This document shows, in pieces, positions 25,378-39,610 of a stretch of 64,000 nt of DNA. This stretch comes from Octopus vulgaris (Eukaryota): positions 46,686,001 through 46,750,000 of the forward strand of contig OX597822.1 of assembly GCA_951406725.2 (NCBI GenBank), read 5' to 3'. The translations under genes were made by a program, and so were the position numbers. Position 1 is the first letter of the stretch. Every line of letters starts with the position of its first letter. The notes under the pieces are model-generated. The model searched no databases, was not told the DNA's origin, and was given only the letters and a program-made list of their open reading frames with translations.

Positions 25378-25760
25378 CAAGCATAGCTGAGTGGTAACAA
25401 GTTTGCATCCCAACCACATGGTTCTAGGTTCAGTCCCACTGCATGGTCCCTTGGGCAAGTGTCTTCTACTATAGCATCAGACCAACCAAAGCTTTGTGAG
25501 TGGATCTGGTGGATAGAAACTGAAAGAAGCCTGTCATGTATATGTATGTATGTGTATCTGTGTTTGTCCTCACCACTGCTTGACAACTGGTGTTGGTGTG
25601 TTTATGTCCCTATAACTTAGTGGTTTAGCAAAAATGATCAATAGAATAAATGATAAGCTTTAATAAGTACTGGGGTTGATTCATTTGACTAAAATTCTTT
25701 CAGGTGGTACCCCAGCATGGCCACAATTTAATAATCGGAACAAAGAAAGACTAAAAGATA
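25378..25760 (+). mobile_element. CORE-type tRNA-derived SINE (resembles octopus OR-type SINEs)
   Basis: A/B-box-like head (GCTGAGTGGT...GGTTCAGTCCC), CCTTGGGCAAGTGTCTT core, internal TG repeat, CAGCATGGCCAC tail. Many copies in both orientations across the window. Confidence 0.7.
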
Positions 25761-26304
25761 ATTCTCTCTCTCTCTCATACATATTTTGTTTTTCAATTTG
25801 GATTACAAAATTCTTGATGTGAACTTGTGTGTTTGTTGTATCTCAGGAGAGTCATTATGCCAGCAATAAACGCATGTAGACAGGGCGCATTATTGATGAG
25901 GCCACAAATGGCAGTGAAAGGACTTTTGACAACCCTAGCTGACTGATGATTAATTAAACAGTTAATTGGCTAAATGTTAGCTAATTGACTAATAATGATA
26001 AAAGGTGCTGGTACCACATGAAAAGATCCCAGCCCATTCTGTAAGGTGGTTGGTTTTAGAAAGGACATCCAGCTGTAAAAACCATGCCAAACCAGATGGT
26101 GGAGGTTAGTACAGTCTGCTGTCTTGTTAGCTCCTGTCAAACCGTCCAACCCACGCTAGCATGGAAGACGGACATTAAATGATGATGGCGGGAAAGAAGT
26201 GAAAAAGAACCAATGTGTGTGTTTATTATTGGCATGAAGACCCTCCCAAGATGCAGCAATATATATAATATATATATTTGTGTTTTGCCTTTTTCTCTTT
26301 ACAG

Positions 26305-28102
26305 ATTTCCTAGGGACCAAGATTGCCATGAAATGTGGATTAAGAACCGAAAACGAAGTCTGCGAGAAGCTATGAAAAGAGAACAAGAAGTGAGTCACCA
26401 AATAAACATGCAACCCAAAGGTAATCCACCACTGATTGGGGCTTGTAAAGGTAGATTGCCTATCAGCAGCAGCAGCAGTGGTGGTAGTAGTAATAGTGAG
26501 AATCCAAAGCCTTTCTCTTATCTGTCAAGGGACAATCCCAGCCATGCTATGATATCAGAAAGGCTCAAGAGTGAAGATCCAGCTGGTCTGGGCTTTAGTT
26601 CTGAACCTCTTATAAAAGACAATAGAGTTCTTACAAACAGTGGTAAAGAAGCACTGAGTTCAAATGTTGAAATTGCTGACAGCAAGGACGATTCCATCGT
26701 GTCATCTTCTACTGACTTTGAAGCGAAGTGTAAAACAATATCATCGCCCAATCCACAGCAGTTGCAGTCTATTGTTCAGATGCTGAAGTCTAGTCAGGGG
26801 GGACTAAGTATTGAGGATCTGGCGAAAAAACTGAATGTACGCTGTGACAAAACTACCATAAAGTTGCTAGAGAGCCTCAACAAACAATTGCAGAGTGAAG
26901 GCAGTTTGTCAAAATCAGAACATTCTGGCCTCCCTGTCACACCTCAAACGCCAAAGACTCCACATAGTCCTCCTCCTGGCTTTCACAGCTTTGATAGGCA
27001 GGCAGGTAATACATTCCGGGCAGTTAATTGCTCTCAGAGGTTAGGCGAGAATTCTAAACTGTTAGAGTGCAAGGATGAGCCTGGTTATGGTAATTCAAAC
27101 AGCAATAATAGCGGCAACTCGGCCTCTATGTGTGGGGTATGTGACATGGCTGACAATAGTAACACTGGTAGTCAGATGGGCCTGCTGCCACCACCAAACA
27201 TAGGGTTACCGCCTTCTGTGTTAAAATATGACAACCCACCCTTATCAGCAGATGGTCATTCACGGAGCAGTAGTAACAATATGGACAACATTTACCATAG
27301 TTGTGTGGGTCCTGACTATGGCCACAATGCCACTAGTAGCAGCAGTATTTCTTCTAGTCTGTCGCCCACCTCACAAGACACCAGCACTGTTTCTTCCTTA
27401 AATGTCAGTTCTGCAGGCAGTAATATTGTTACTTCTCAGGCCATTCTTGATAGTCTAGCCACAGATGTGCTGGTGCCTGCCAAAGTGAATTTTGGATCAA
27501 CACAGACAGTCACTTCAAAAGTTGAATTTGACAAACCTTCTAAGAACTTCCCGTCACCACTCAGTAAAAACCAACCTATTTACCCTTTGGATGATATGCG
27601 CTACCCTCCACCACATCCACATGTGACTCTTCACCATCCGCCTCCTCCCAGTAGTGTAGCTCCTGTTAGTGTTAGTGGCAGTAGCCAAGGCATGCCTCCT
27701 GCAGCAGCTGCAGCTGCCGCCGCTGCTGCTGCCACTGCTGGTGGGAACGATGGCGCTGTGTCTCTCCGAGCGAAAGTGCAAAGTTACTTTGATACGTATG
27801 GGCAGGATGACAGCATGCCACGTCCAAGCCCATCACCATTTGGACTGGTGGCCACACCTCGAGGTGGCATGAGGCGGAGACCCTACCACGGGGCGACATC
27901 CCTTGGCCCACACAACCTTCCTCTTCCCCCTCCACGTAACCCCAGCCACAGGCCGGCCATGCCACCAGTATTGAACAACACACCGCCACCCAACTTGCCA
28001 CCACATTCTATTCCAAGTACTATGAGTTCCAGTGGTGGTGGTGGTGGTGCTAGTGGTAGTGGCGGTGGTGGGCTTTATCAAGGAGGGCATGTTGGGTGGT
28101 AG
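26305..28102 (+). CDS. CDK12: CDK12/13 terminal coding exon: C-terminal kinase extension (QDCHEMW plus basic cluster) and long Ser/Pro/Ala/Gly-rich tail
   Basis: TTTACAG acceptor in the correct phase (GA|A). FPRDQDCHEMWIKNRKR matches the CDK12/13 DCHE(L/M)W extension. Frame open to TAG at 28100-28102. Confidence 0.93.
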
Positions 28103-31100
28103 CAGAATTGATAAAAACATTTGAATACACACACATATTCTCTCACCTGAGCACATTTACACACAGATTTTCACCTATACACAAAACAAATCATTCATAC
28201 ACACACATACACACATTGTTTTCTTTTCTTTTATGAATAGTGCTCTATAATTCAGAAAAAGCTCTGCCAAATGAATTTTTTTTATTTTTATTTTACTTCT
28301 GTCTGTTCATCTTGGTTTTTCTCTTTCTTTCCTCAAAACAGTTTTATATTATTATTTAAGATTTTTTTATATTAATTTTAATTTCTTTTTCATTCCTTCT
28401 ATATTTCCTCACCCTTTTTCCTTCTCTTTCATTTTTTCTTTCTCTCTCTCCCTCCCCATTCTCTCTTGTTTCTTTTTGTCTTTTTTTTTCCTAAATGTTA
28501 TTCAGTTGGTACTTTGGTTCTGGAACTTTTTCAGGATTTCGAAAGCAAATAGACATTGAAAAAGTGGAAATTTATTAAAAAAACAATAATTAAAGTAAAA
28601 AAAAAAAAAAAATGTTCAAAAATTTTTAAAACACAAAAAAAGGAGAAGCAAAAAGAAGCCCCCTTCCTGCCCCAAAATAACAACCAACCAAAACAACAAA
28701 ATTGCGCTGATACTTAACCAAGAAAATAAAATTTAATTAAATAAATGAGAAAATTTCCAAAAAGAAAATTATAATTATTAACCCCCCGCTCCTCTCAAAG
28801 AAATTATATATAAGAAGAAAGAAGACAAGAAAGGAAGAAAAAGAAGAAGAAGACTTGGCTACTACTTTTCTGTAAATGTGAAAAACAATTTGCTGGTTAA
28901 AGGGAGAAAAACAAATAAACAACAGAAAAAACAACAAAGACTGACAGTAATAAAACATGTATGTATGAACTCTGCTTCCAATCCAAAAATTTAAAACAAA
29001 CCCATCCCACCCACTTCCACCTCCCATGTTCATGTAATTCTGTTTGTATCATTTTATTATGATTATTATTATTATTATTATGATGGTGGTGAGCTGGCAG
29101 AATTGTTAGTGCTCTGGGCAAAATGCTTGGCGGTATTCCATCTGTCTTTACATTCTGAGTTCAAATTCTGCCGAGGTTGACTTTGCCTTTCATCCTTTCG
29201 GGAGTCGATAAATTGAGTATCAATTACGCACTGGGATTGATGTAATTGACTGCCCCACCTCCCCCAAAATTTCGAGCCTTATTATTATTATTATCATTCT
29301 GGTGGCAAGCTGGCAGAATCGTTAGTACGTCAGGTGAAATGCTTAGCAGTATTTTGTCTGCTGCTACATTCTGAGTTCAAATTCTGCCAAGGTCAACTTT
29401 GCCTTTCATCTTTTTGGGGATGAAAGACACTGGGGTTGATGCAATTGACTCAGCCCCAAAGTGGCTGCTCTTGTGGCAAAATTTGAAACCATTATTATTA
29501 TTAGTAGTATTATTATTATTATCATTATTGAGGCAGCAAGTTGGCGGAACTGCTAACCTTTCAGACAAACTGCTTAGTGACATTTCACCTCTCTATGTTC
29601 CGAGTTCAAATTCTGCCAAGGTCAACTTTGCTTTTCATCCTTTTGGGGTCCATCAGTGCCGGTCAAGTATTGGGTCAATGCTCTGTATTTGATTACCTCC
29701 CTTTTATGTTCTGGTTAAATTCTCGAGAGTTCAGTTTTGTATTTTATTCCTCTGGTGTCAGTAAGTATTGAAGGTAGCTGAGTGGTTCAGATGTTGGGTC
29801 ATGAGTTTGATGCCAAGTGATGCACTGTATCCTTACTTCGGTTTGTTGAGCTGGAAATTAGTCCCAGCTGAGTGCAGCTACAGTTCCCTGCTCTCTTTTT
29901 CTCTCTCACCAACTGTCACATTCTTGATGTTTCTTTGCATCAAGAGTGAGAGCTGAGTGTGGTGGTGGGAGATCATTTATTTTGAGTCTACTTCTGACTA
30001 CAAGGCGCTAAAAGCAAAGAAAGCATGGTACATTCTTCCAAGCCTTACTCGCATGCAAATGATGGCTATGTTACCTCCCTTAAAATAGGTGACTTCAAAC
30101 AAATATATGCTTAATTACATGTATGGAGTACTTTTTCTCCATTTGTATTCTCAAATGTGTGTGTTTAAAAGAAAGAGAGTGTTGGTTAATTTCAATATTT
30201 GTCATTTAGTCAGGGAATGAAGGGCAAGAGTAACTAGAAGAAATGGGATAGTTAGCTTCAAACCAGAGACTTGACTCTGCTAAAAGCTCCCTAGTCCCTG
30301 ATGGTAGTGTCTCCCCTCCAAAAACTGAGAATACAAGGAAATAGAGCCAGCAAATTCCACAAGGCATATCATCTGATGCTCTAATAATTCTGGTAATTTG
30401 TTGCTCTAGACAAAGTCTTTAGTTTGTCATCCCCCAAAGAAATAAAAAACAAAGCTGATCGTACCAGAATTTGAACTCATTCTGCAGAGAGCCTAAAACG
30501 TTTACCCCCAACTATTTGATCAGCCTCTAACAACTCTGGCAATTTGTTTCCTATTAATGTTCTTATTTAAGCCAAAAAAAAAAGAAAGAAAGAAAAAATG
30601 TGTTGAAATGTTGAAGAGAGGAGGATTATGTTTTTTCAATCTTAAATGACTTTATCATCATTATTATTGCTATTGTTATCATTATCACCTCTTCTTCCCT
30701 CCATCACCTCACCACAAAAATCTTTCATCACCTCCATCACCACAAAAACTTTCTCCCAACAATGTGTGTTACATCCATGGCACTGTCCACCTTATCTGTT
30801 CTTGGATTGGCAGCTTTGTTCAAAACTTTCCTTTTTCTCTGCAGAACCATACGTGTATCATTTATTTCTGCTTTCTTATTGTTTTTTGTTGTTGTTCTTT
30901 TTTTTTTTAGATTTTCTTTCTTATTCCTTTATCCATCAGCCATTACACTGACCATTATTCTGTTTTTACCTTTTATTCTTTGTTTTAAATATCATGTAGT
31001 AGTCATAATAGTAGTAATAATAACAACAGCAGCACATGATTTCATCCCATCTTGTCTCTTGTATTTCACTATTGTTTGCAAATGTAACTATTTATGTGAG

Positions 31101-31138
31101 TGTGTGCCATACAAGTACCATAGTGTATTTGTAATTTA

Positions 31139-31140
<2 letters not shown>

Positions 31141-31199
<59 letters not shown>

Positions 31200-31200
31200 T
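31141..31200. repeat. (ATT)n microsatellite
   Basis: Directly visible; it explains the poly-Ile ORF 30762-31268. Similar tracts at ~37237-37289, 39128-39190 and 63679-63718. Confidence 0.95.
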
Positions 31201-34200
31201 TAATTTTTATTATGGTTATTATTCTTATGTTTTTTGGGGCTTTTTTTTTTTTTGTAGTTTGTGCATAGTTAATGACTTGGCTTCAATTCCAAGTTGAAAC
31301 TGTTGTATGTGATTTCATTAATCATAGAAAATGATGCATGTGTATCATATCTGTTAGATTTTAGACTTTAGGGTAAATTACAATTCATTCAACAGGCATG
31401 TTTAGCAGGGTCTTTGTTCCACCAACTATTTTACAATGCCTAATTCCCTGACAAGAACTTTGTGGCAGGTGTCAGTATTAGTAATATGTGGGCATTATTA
31501 GCTAGACTGGAAAAACAGCATTTGTTCTGGCATTTTATGTTCAGGGCCCAGGTTCTGCCTAGGTTGACTTTGCCTTTCATCCCTTCAGAGTCATTAAATA
31601 CCAGTTGAATATTGGGACCAGTGTAGTCAACTTAACCTTCCCCCAAAAATTGTTGGCATAATGCCAAGATTTGTAAACATTATTAGCTAGACTATTCTTT
31701 CTTTAATAACCAGAGTGTCTTTTACTCTCTGTGACAATCAGTTTATACCTTCTTTCACCATTATCCCCCAACTATATTTTCTATAAGAACCAGACCACCA
31801 TTTTCTCCTCAATACACCTGCCAGGCTGTACTACTTCTTCTCTATAACAATTATACTATATTTTCTCTTCAAAACAATAGCTACCAAGAAATCATTTATT
31901 CTACCCTTTTCTGCAGTTCTCTTTCTGATCATTTTCTGTTGTCAAAGATTAGTGATCACATAATTGGGGAATGCAGCTAAAGTAGGCTGCCTTCTTATCC
32001 AGCTGGGAACTGGTTCTCTTTGGATTCCGGCTCATACAATGTATCTCAATTTATAGATATCATAACGTCTCATTAGCCTACTAATTAAACTTTGTTAACA
32101 ATAGTGACGCTCTTAACCTGTAACACACAGCTGCTATTAACAGTTTGGTCTTTATCTCAAACTTTGGTTTCTCTTACACATCTGATTCAAATAGAGTTTG
32201 CTTTAAGGCACTTGTTAAATTACTCTCTTCTTCAAAAGTTCTAATGCTTTTTTTCTTTCTCATCTTTTCTTCCTTGATTTTCTCCCCACTTCTCTCTTCA
32301 CTCTATCACCCCTCCCTCTCATCTTCTACTGCTGTTTGCTTACATCAGATTCCTACATCACAGTGCCGATACTTAAGAGTGGCTGACCTGGTAACGGATA
32401 ACCTAAAAGTAGCATCAACTCCCCAGTGCAATTCATTCCAAATCCCAAATCACTTAAGTGAAATTGTAGGTTCGTATGGAATACAGCACTCTCACACCAC
32501 ACCAAATTGGTCAGTTCACGTTGCTCCCTCTTATTTAATGTTCTTGTACCTGTGGTGGTTGTTGTTGCTGCTTTGATGTGAACTGACTGAACATGTTTTT
32601 CTAAAAACTTAACCATCCAGCTGTGTGTTTTATTCATTTGTTTCTGTATCCACCTCTGACAGACATCCAGATTTCACATTTATTCAAAGTGGGACAGACT
32701 ACATTATGGTATCTTTCTGTTGCTTCATCTATCTGAGTTCAAATTTCCTTCCTGGTTTTGGACCTGGCATTCAGGCCGAGGCTGGTATCAAATTTTATGA
32801 CCCCAGAAGGTCATTAAATATTTGGCATTAATGTACTCTTCCCTTTATTCTTTCTACTTATAGATTTTCATAAAGAAAGCTCTCATTTTATTTTATCCCA
32901 GAATAGTAGAGTTGCTGAAACAACCCAGAAAATGAGAATTTCAACATTTTTAATTATCTTGTTACATTCTGAATTCAGACTTTCCTTTTGACGACTCCTC
33001 AAGAATAGGTTTGAAGCTTGGGATTGAGGAAGACATTTAGAGCAGTTAAATGTGTGGTGCATTCCTTGACTGTGTGCTGGTCCTTCCACTCTCCACCTGC
33101 AAATTAATAAAACCACATACACAAAGCACACACTTCTATACTCCATGTCTTTCTGTTCCTGATAAAATTCATAAAAATCATTTGTTGCTTTTCCTCATCA
33201 CAGAATCCCTCACTGCCTTACCAGCCAGCTCTAACTCAGAGTTTTCATCCCCCCCCACCACCACCACTATGCTTCACCTCACAGATCTCACTGCACCTGC
33301 CCCTGTTATTCACCCCCCTCCATTCACCGTTTCACTGCTTACCTGCGTCTTCTACATTTCGCGACAGATTTTAATTTCTCACATCTCTTTTCTCTGCCTT
33401 GTTTATCTTCCAGTTGGCTGAGACCTTGACCAGAAATATATTTTTGTTGTAAGTCTTCTTCATTGGAAAATTCTCTCTGCTTGTGGTTATGGATGAGCAA
33501 ACTACTTCACTTGGTCACTATTTACCTTTTTTTATATTTGATTTATTATTATTATTTTTTTCCTGATTCCTGTTTATTATATTTGTTATTATCCCCCCCC
33601 CCATTTCTTTTTTTATAATATTTACTTATTTAATGCCACTTTTTAACCATTCCACAAACCCTCTTTTTTTCTTTATTTCACATTTTCATTCTTTGTTTTT
33701 GTTGTTTTTTTTTGTTTTTTTTTTTTGTTTTACCCCTCTGAAAGCTCTTGTACTTCTGCCCCACTTCTTTTTTTTATTGCCCCCTCCTTTTTTTTTTCCT
33801 TTCTGTTTCATTTTATTTATTATCATTTTTTTTCTTCTTCGTCTATGTGTGTGTGTGTATTTGTGTATGGCTAGTAAAAGCAGAGATGACAGATTCTAAA
33901 CACAATGGCAAAAGAGAGAAAAATTTAAAAGAAATGAAACCCAGTGCTCTATACATTATACACACTTGTTGGATTGAAGTGTTGGTAGAGTGATCAGCTA
34001 TGAGTGTATAGAGAACATTCTATAACATAAGAAAGGCACTGTTTATCACACTTCTCTCTCTCTCTCTCTCTCTCCACACACACACATATATATATATATA
34101 TAACTCTATGTACATGTGTGTGTGTATATATATATATATATAATATATATATACACACACACATATATATATATATGTAAATATATATGTAAATATATAT

Positions 34201-34985
34201 AGAATATATAAACCAATAACACTAGTGTAAATGATTTCTTGATGAAATGTCATTTGAAATTGTCTCGTTTGAAGCTGTTAAAAAGTCTCTTTCTCTCTTC
34301 CTCTCCCTCCGTCCATGCCTCATCCTCCCCCACTCTCTATTTTTTTGTTTCTTTAACCAGATAGCCCCTGTTTCTCCTCTACCTTTTTCTCTCTCTCCTG
34401 CATGCTCCACTTGAAGACTAACAATTTGTGAAAATACACTAAATTAAAATTTCATTTTATTATATTTAAGTAACAATAAATTAGTTTAATCATAATAATA
34501 ATATTAATAATAATAACAACAATAACAATATCAAAAAAGATAATCTAGGTTGGATAATCTTGAATGCATTGCCTACATATGTGTCACAAAGATATGTGAG
34601 ACAGCTCTTCACTGAGGTAATGTGCTATGGACTGTATTATTATGGTACATATTGAATAGCTTGCCATCAAGATTTTTCTGATTTACATATGTTTTATTGT
34701 TTTCTTTTCAAAATATCCACACACTGATGCTCTATGGTGATTTTGTTGCACATCCAGTGTGTTTCATTCACTCGTTTTCTGCGTAAGAAGTGCAGAATAA
34801 AGGTGACTGGAATTTAGGGTAAGTGCGTGAGACACATTTCGAAACCTAAGTTGAAAATGTTTGTACAATTTATGAACACTTTGAAACTGTTGCTTGACAT
34901 ATCAACAAAAATGATCAAAGTTGAGAGAACACTTAGAAACAGACACACACACTATAGCCATATTTTTATAGCATCCACACACATA

Positions 34986-35041
<56 letters not shown>

Positions 35042-35132
35042 TTTGTTTTTATGTCAAGTTATAATAAAAAGCAATTTAAATCTAAACTGAAGAATTACAC
35101 AATTTGTTTTAGTTGAGTACATATTTATTATT

Positions 35133-35403
35133 GTTCTATATTTAAGAGACGAGGAATTATGTATATTATTTACATTATTTACAATTGATGGATATTTGTC
35201 TTCATCTTGTTTGTTATTAACACAATGTTTCGGCTGATATACCCTCCAGCCTTTATCAGGTGTCTTGGGGAAATTTCAAACCTGGGTTCTCAGGTTCAAA
35301 ATTTCCCCAAGACACCTGATGAAGGCTGGAAGGTATATCAGCCGGAATGTTGTGTTAATAACAAACAAGATGAGGACAAATAGTTGTCAAATTTAAATAA
35401 TGT
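35133..35403. mobile_element. Palindromic hammerhead-bearing element (headless copy), 12-bp TSD ATATTTATTATT
   Basis: Same family as 22590-23119. Two inverted arms, each with a mutated CUGAUGA/GAAA core. TSD at 35121-35132 / 35404-35415. Confidence 0.8.
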
Positions 35404-36000
35404 ATATTTATTATTCTCTAACAAGAATGATGTTGATAGTGACTTTGAGGTTTTAAGCTAAGCAAACCAAAACTTCAAAGTTACAGTCAATACTATCCTT
35501 GTGATATATAAGACTTTTGGATTTACTTGAATTTTTTTTTTTTATTGAAAATACATTCCTATGTCAAAATTGAAACATAGAATATGTAAAAGTTGATTCT
35601 CATTCATTAACATGTTGCTTGGATTGGTTTCACAAGCTGTTCCTTGGCCAAAATGCTATCCCTGTTCATGACTTGCTGCTATTCCCTTTGCTTCACATCC
35701 TTTTTCAATTGACCCTCTTGTGCTGGCCATAGCTTTTTTTTTTTAAATGCAGCACAAAAAAAACCCTGCTTCTATTGGTAATACTGTCTCTGCCTGGCTT
35801 TTTCTTGTCTCCCATCTCTTGTCAGCTTGCTAACATTGGCGGTCACTAATATTTTGTATGCATCACTGTTATTTCCTTATCCCAGTGAGTATAACATGGA
35901 CATGCGTGTATAAGACTGAGCCGCCCTCATTTGTATGACAACCTCATACATTGCTAGTTGTGGATAAAAGCTTTTAAACATTTTATTTTATTTATATATA

Positions 36001-36051
<51 letters not shown>

Positions 36052-36553
36052 TTGTGTGTGGGCCTGTGTGTGTATTTGTAATTGGCAATTAGTTAGGGAT
36101 ATTGAGAAGTGAGGGGTTCAAGTCCTGGCAGGAATAACAGCACTAGCTTCTTTTTGGAAATAGCATGGTCTTTACGCTTTCTCTCATTTTCCCACTCTGT
36201 TGAAATTCTTTCAAACCTTGTCACTTATGGTGGAGGTCAAAGTTCTTTTGATGTGGGTCTCCATGAACTTCTGTGAAAAATTCTTCCTCACCCTTTGCTA
36301 ATTCGTTTTGTTATTTCAATACAAATTTATGGCTCAATAATCGTATGTGTGAATTTTTTTTTTTTTCTTTGGATTACTTTCTTTTAAAATTTGCATTTCA
36401 ACTCTCATCATTGGATTGCTAACATTGATTCTAAATCTCTTAACCTGGGGGCAGGGGACAGAGGGAGAGAGGGGTTGGGGGAGGACATTCTTTGAAATGT
36501 TGCATTTTTCCATCTTCATAGTTGTGTTGCACCAAATCTGAAATAAAGAAGAA

Positions 36554-36584
<31 letters not shown>

Positions 36585-37252
36585 GAATGTTTTGAGATGA
36601 TTAATAATTTCTTACAGTGCCACTAAGCTTTTTTTTTTTCCTCCATTTTTTTTTCTTTTGGTGATGAAGGACATGGGGATATAATCAGCAGTTGGTGACC
36701 ATAGATTATTTAATAATGATAATGATGAAGTTGAATATAAATTAATGGCTCAATGTGCTCTTGTTTAACTTGGAAGATTTTCTTTTCAGCTTTAAACAAA
36801 TTAATCCTCCTCTGGTGTTTGAAAATTTTTTTTTTTTTAACAATTGTAGTGTGTGTGTGTGTGTGTGTAAAAGTGTTATAGCAGATGGATTGTTTTGTAA
36901 AGGACAATCTATTGCAAATACAGTAATAACTATTTAAATTGATGTGTCTGTGTGCAGGGCCTCAAAGAGAAATTTTGCAAGGTGAAGCAAGATTGCTTTC
37001 AGAAGTGAGCAGTGTACTCTTTCTCTTTCAGAAATTCAAGAAGGCTCTGTGTGTATGTATGTGTGTGTTTAAGATGGGAGGCTCCTGTCAGATATTCACA
37101 AGTCCCTACTTGGCTCTATATGCCCCAGACTGATGTACCAGCTGATCTCTCTAATAGGTCATGTATGTATGTGTGTGTGCTTTGAAATAAGACTAGAAGG
37201 GTAAATTTGAGTTTACCTGAACTGGTGTGTGTGTGTATTATTATTATTATTA

Positions 37253-37288
<36 letters not shown>

Positions 37289-37672
37289 TTGTAAACATAA
37301 CTGTTTGTACAAACACATGTAAAGACTTGACTACATGGATGTAATCTCATGTTTGAAATATTTCTGTTCATTTGGATTAATTTTTCAAAAAGATTCTTTA
37401 TATTGCGCTGAATAAAATCTTCCCACAAAGCAGTGTTGTCTTATTTCCTTTGGCCCTCAAAGAAGCACACCAACTGTCTTCCACCAATTCACTAGATATT
37501 AGATAATTCTGTCTTCTTTGGTTCAACACTTTGAAAGAAAAACCCATCTTTACTGCATCATATGTGTCTATAGACATGCACACATACACATATGTGTATG
37601 TATGCACATGTATATATATATATATATTCATACATACATACATACATTTATATATATGTATTTATTTGTGTG

Positions 37673-37707
<35 letters not shown>

Positions 37708-39123
37708 CTAATCAGAAATTTAATTTTTTCTTTTTAAAGCATAAAACTGTAGTTAGTGAATGTCTTAAGGTATGTTGTAATACCAAGGCCAAATTTATTA
37801 TTTATCATTCCAGAGTTTATAAAATTAAATTGGCCAAGTGCCATCAATTGTACCCCCATACTTATAAGAATCAAGCTTTGTATTTGAATAAGAAATTGTT
37901 TTTGTTATTATTATTATTAGGGTGATGGATCAAGGTAGCGAGCTGGCAGAAGTTATTTTCATACCAGGCAAACTCTTATCGGCATTTCATCTGTCTTTAC
38001 AGTTGATAAAGCTACCAGTTGAGTCCTGGGATCAATATAATCACCTACATCTCTGCTATCTTCAAAATTGTTATCCGTGTTTCAAAATTTGAAACAATTA
38101 TCACTATTTAAAAGAAAGCCTTGAGTTGTTAGGCATTATGGCATGAAGTACATGACTAAACATAATGCTTATTTATTCATATTGTTTTGGCTTAATCATG
38201 TTTTATTTTATAGCCTTGGGGTTTTGATGAGGTAACTTCCAACTTTTAGTATGATATTATAGAGTAGGTGTGAGAGGCCAAATCTGGCCAGTTTGAACAT
38301 AAACAAAGGTCAATATTTTGGCTGGATATGGCTAGTTTAAATGCTAAAGAGCTAAACTTATATATTTTTACTTTGACATCTAAGATCTTGTCTCTTGACT
38401 CTGTCTCTCATGAACAACTACAGAGTACAAGTACGTTGCTGTTTGGCTGAATCTGTGATTTGGTTTCAATCCCCAGTTGAATTATTTCACTGACTGAATG
38501 TCAATTTTGCAAGTTTCATATTCTTCACAACATCTTGTTTCTTCAAAGGCATGTGATGCCCTCTAATTGACCACTATTACAAAGGTAACTATTTCCTCCC
38601 AATATGAGGTGCGATTAGAAATTGAGAGTCCCTTTTCTCTCTTAACACTCTCAAAGTTTGTTAAATATCTCTGAGCACCTTTGCTTTCTTTAGTTTAGCT
38701 ATTAACTCCCTGAATCAAACATATTTATTCTTTCTCACCCTAAAGTGGTATGCTTCTTTGTGTTGGCATTTTCCCCCCCACTCTCTGGATGATTAACATC
38801 CACAACAACTTGATGAATTGTTATCAAATGTTAACTTCCTCCCAATTCATATTGTAAGAAAAATTTCTTTTGCTTCTCTGCTATATATAAATGTAAACAC
38901 TATGTACTACCATATTTAAACTTTATATTTCATCATATGCTTTTTGTTGTTGTTACTAAAGCAATGTGAAAGTAAGTGCCTTCCAGAATATTCCATTTAC
39001 ATTTTCAGTTGAGGGTTTTTTTTTGTTTATGTGTGTGTGTATCTGTGTTTTAGCAAAAAACATTTTTATTTAGATGTATTTTTCTATTTTTTGGTATGGT
39101 CAGTTGTATGGTTAAAGATGTAA

Positions 39124-39175
<52 letters not shown>

Positions 39176-39572
39176 ATTATTATTATTATTAAGGGCAATG
39201 GATTAGTAGAGTCATCAAAATGACAGAATTCCCTGTGGTATTTCTTCTGGCTCTATGTTCTGAGGTCAACTTTGCCTTTCGTCCTTCCAGGGTTGATAAA
39301 ATAATGTACCAGTTAAGTACTGAGGTTGACAGTATCAACTCAAAATTGCTGGCCTTGTACCTAAATTAGAAGCTATTATTATTATTATTTTGCAATGAGT
39401 TTATTTACCTGGTTTGCATATTGTCAACATATGTAAATATACCATAATTGCTTCTAAATGTATTCTTGGAAATTTGCTTTGAGTATGTATGCAATATTTA
39501 TGTTCCCATCATATATATGTAAATTTTATCATGCCATCATTGCAGATAAATTTTCTGGAATCTGTTATATGT

Positions 39573-39610
<38 letters not shown>

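Noticed and set aside
26213-26304. In-frame ATG upstream of the last exon, giving a stand-alone 629-aa protein
   Set aside because: The upstream part is TG/TA repeat plus a polypyrimidine tract with a good acceptor, and CDK12 homology starts at the acceptor.
30762-31268. 168-aa hydrophobic ORF as a membrane protein
   Set aside because: It is produced by T-tracts and (ATT)n, with no exon-like signals or normal composition.
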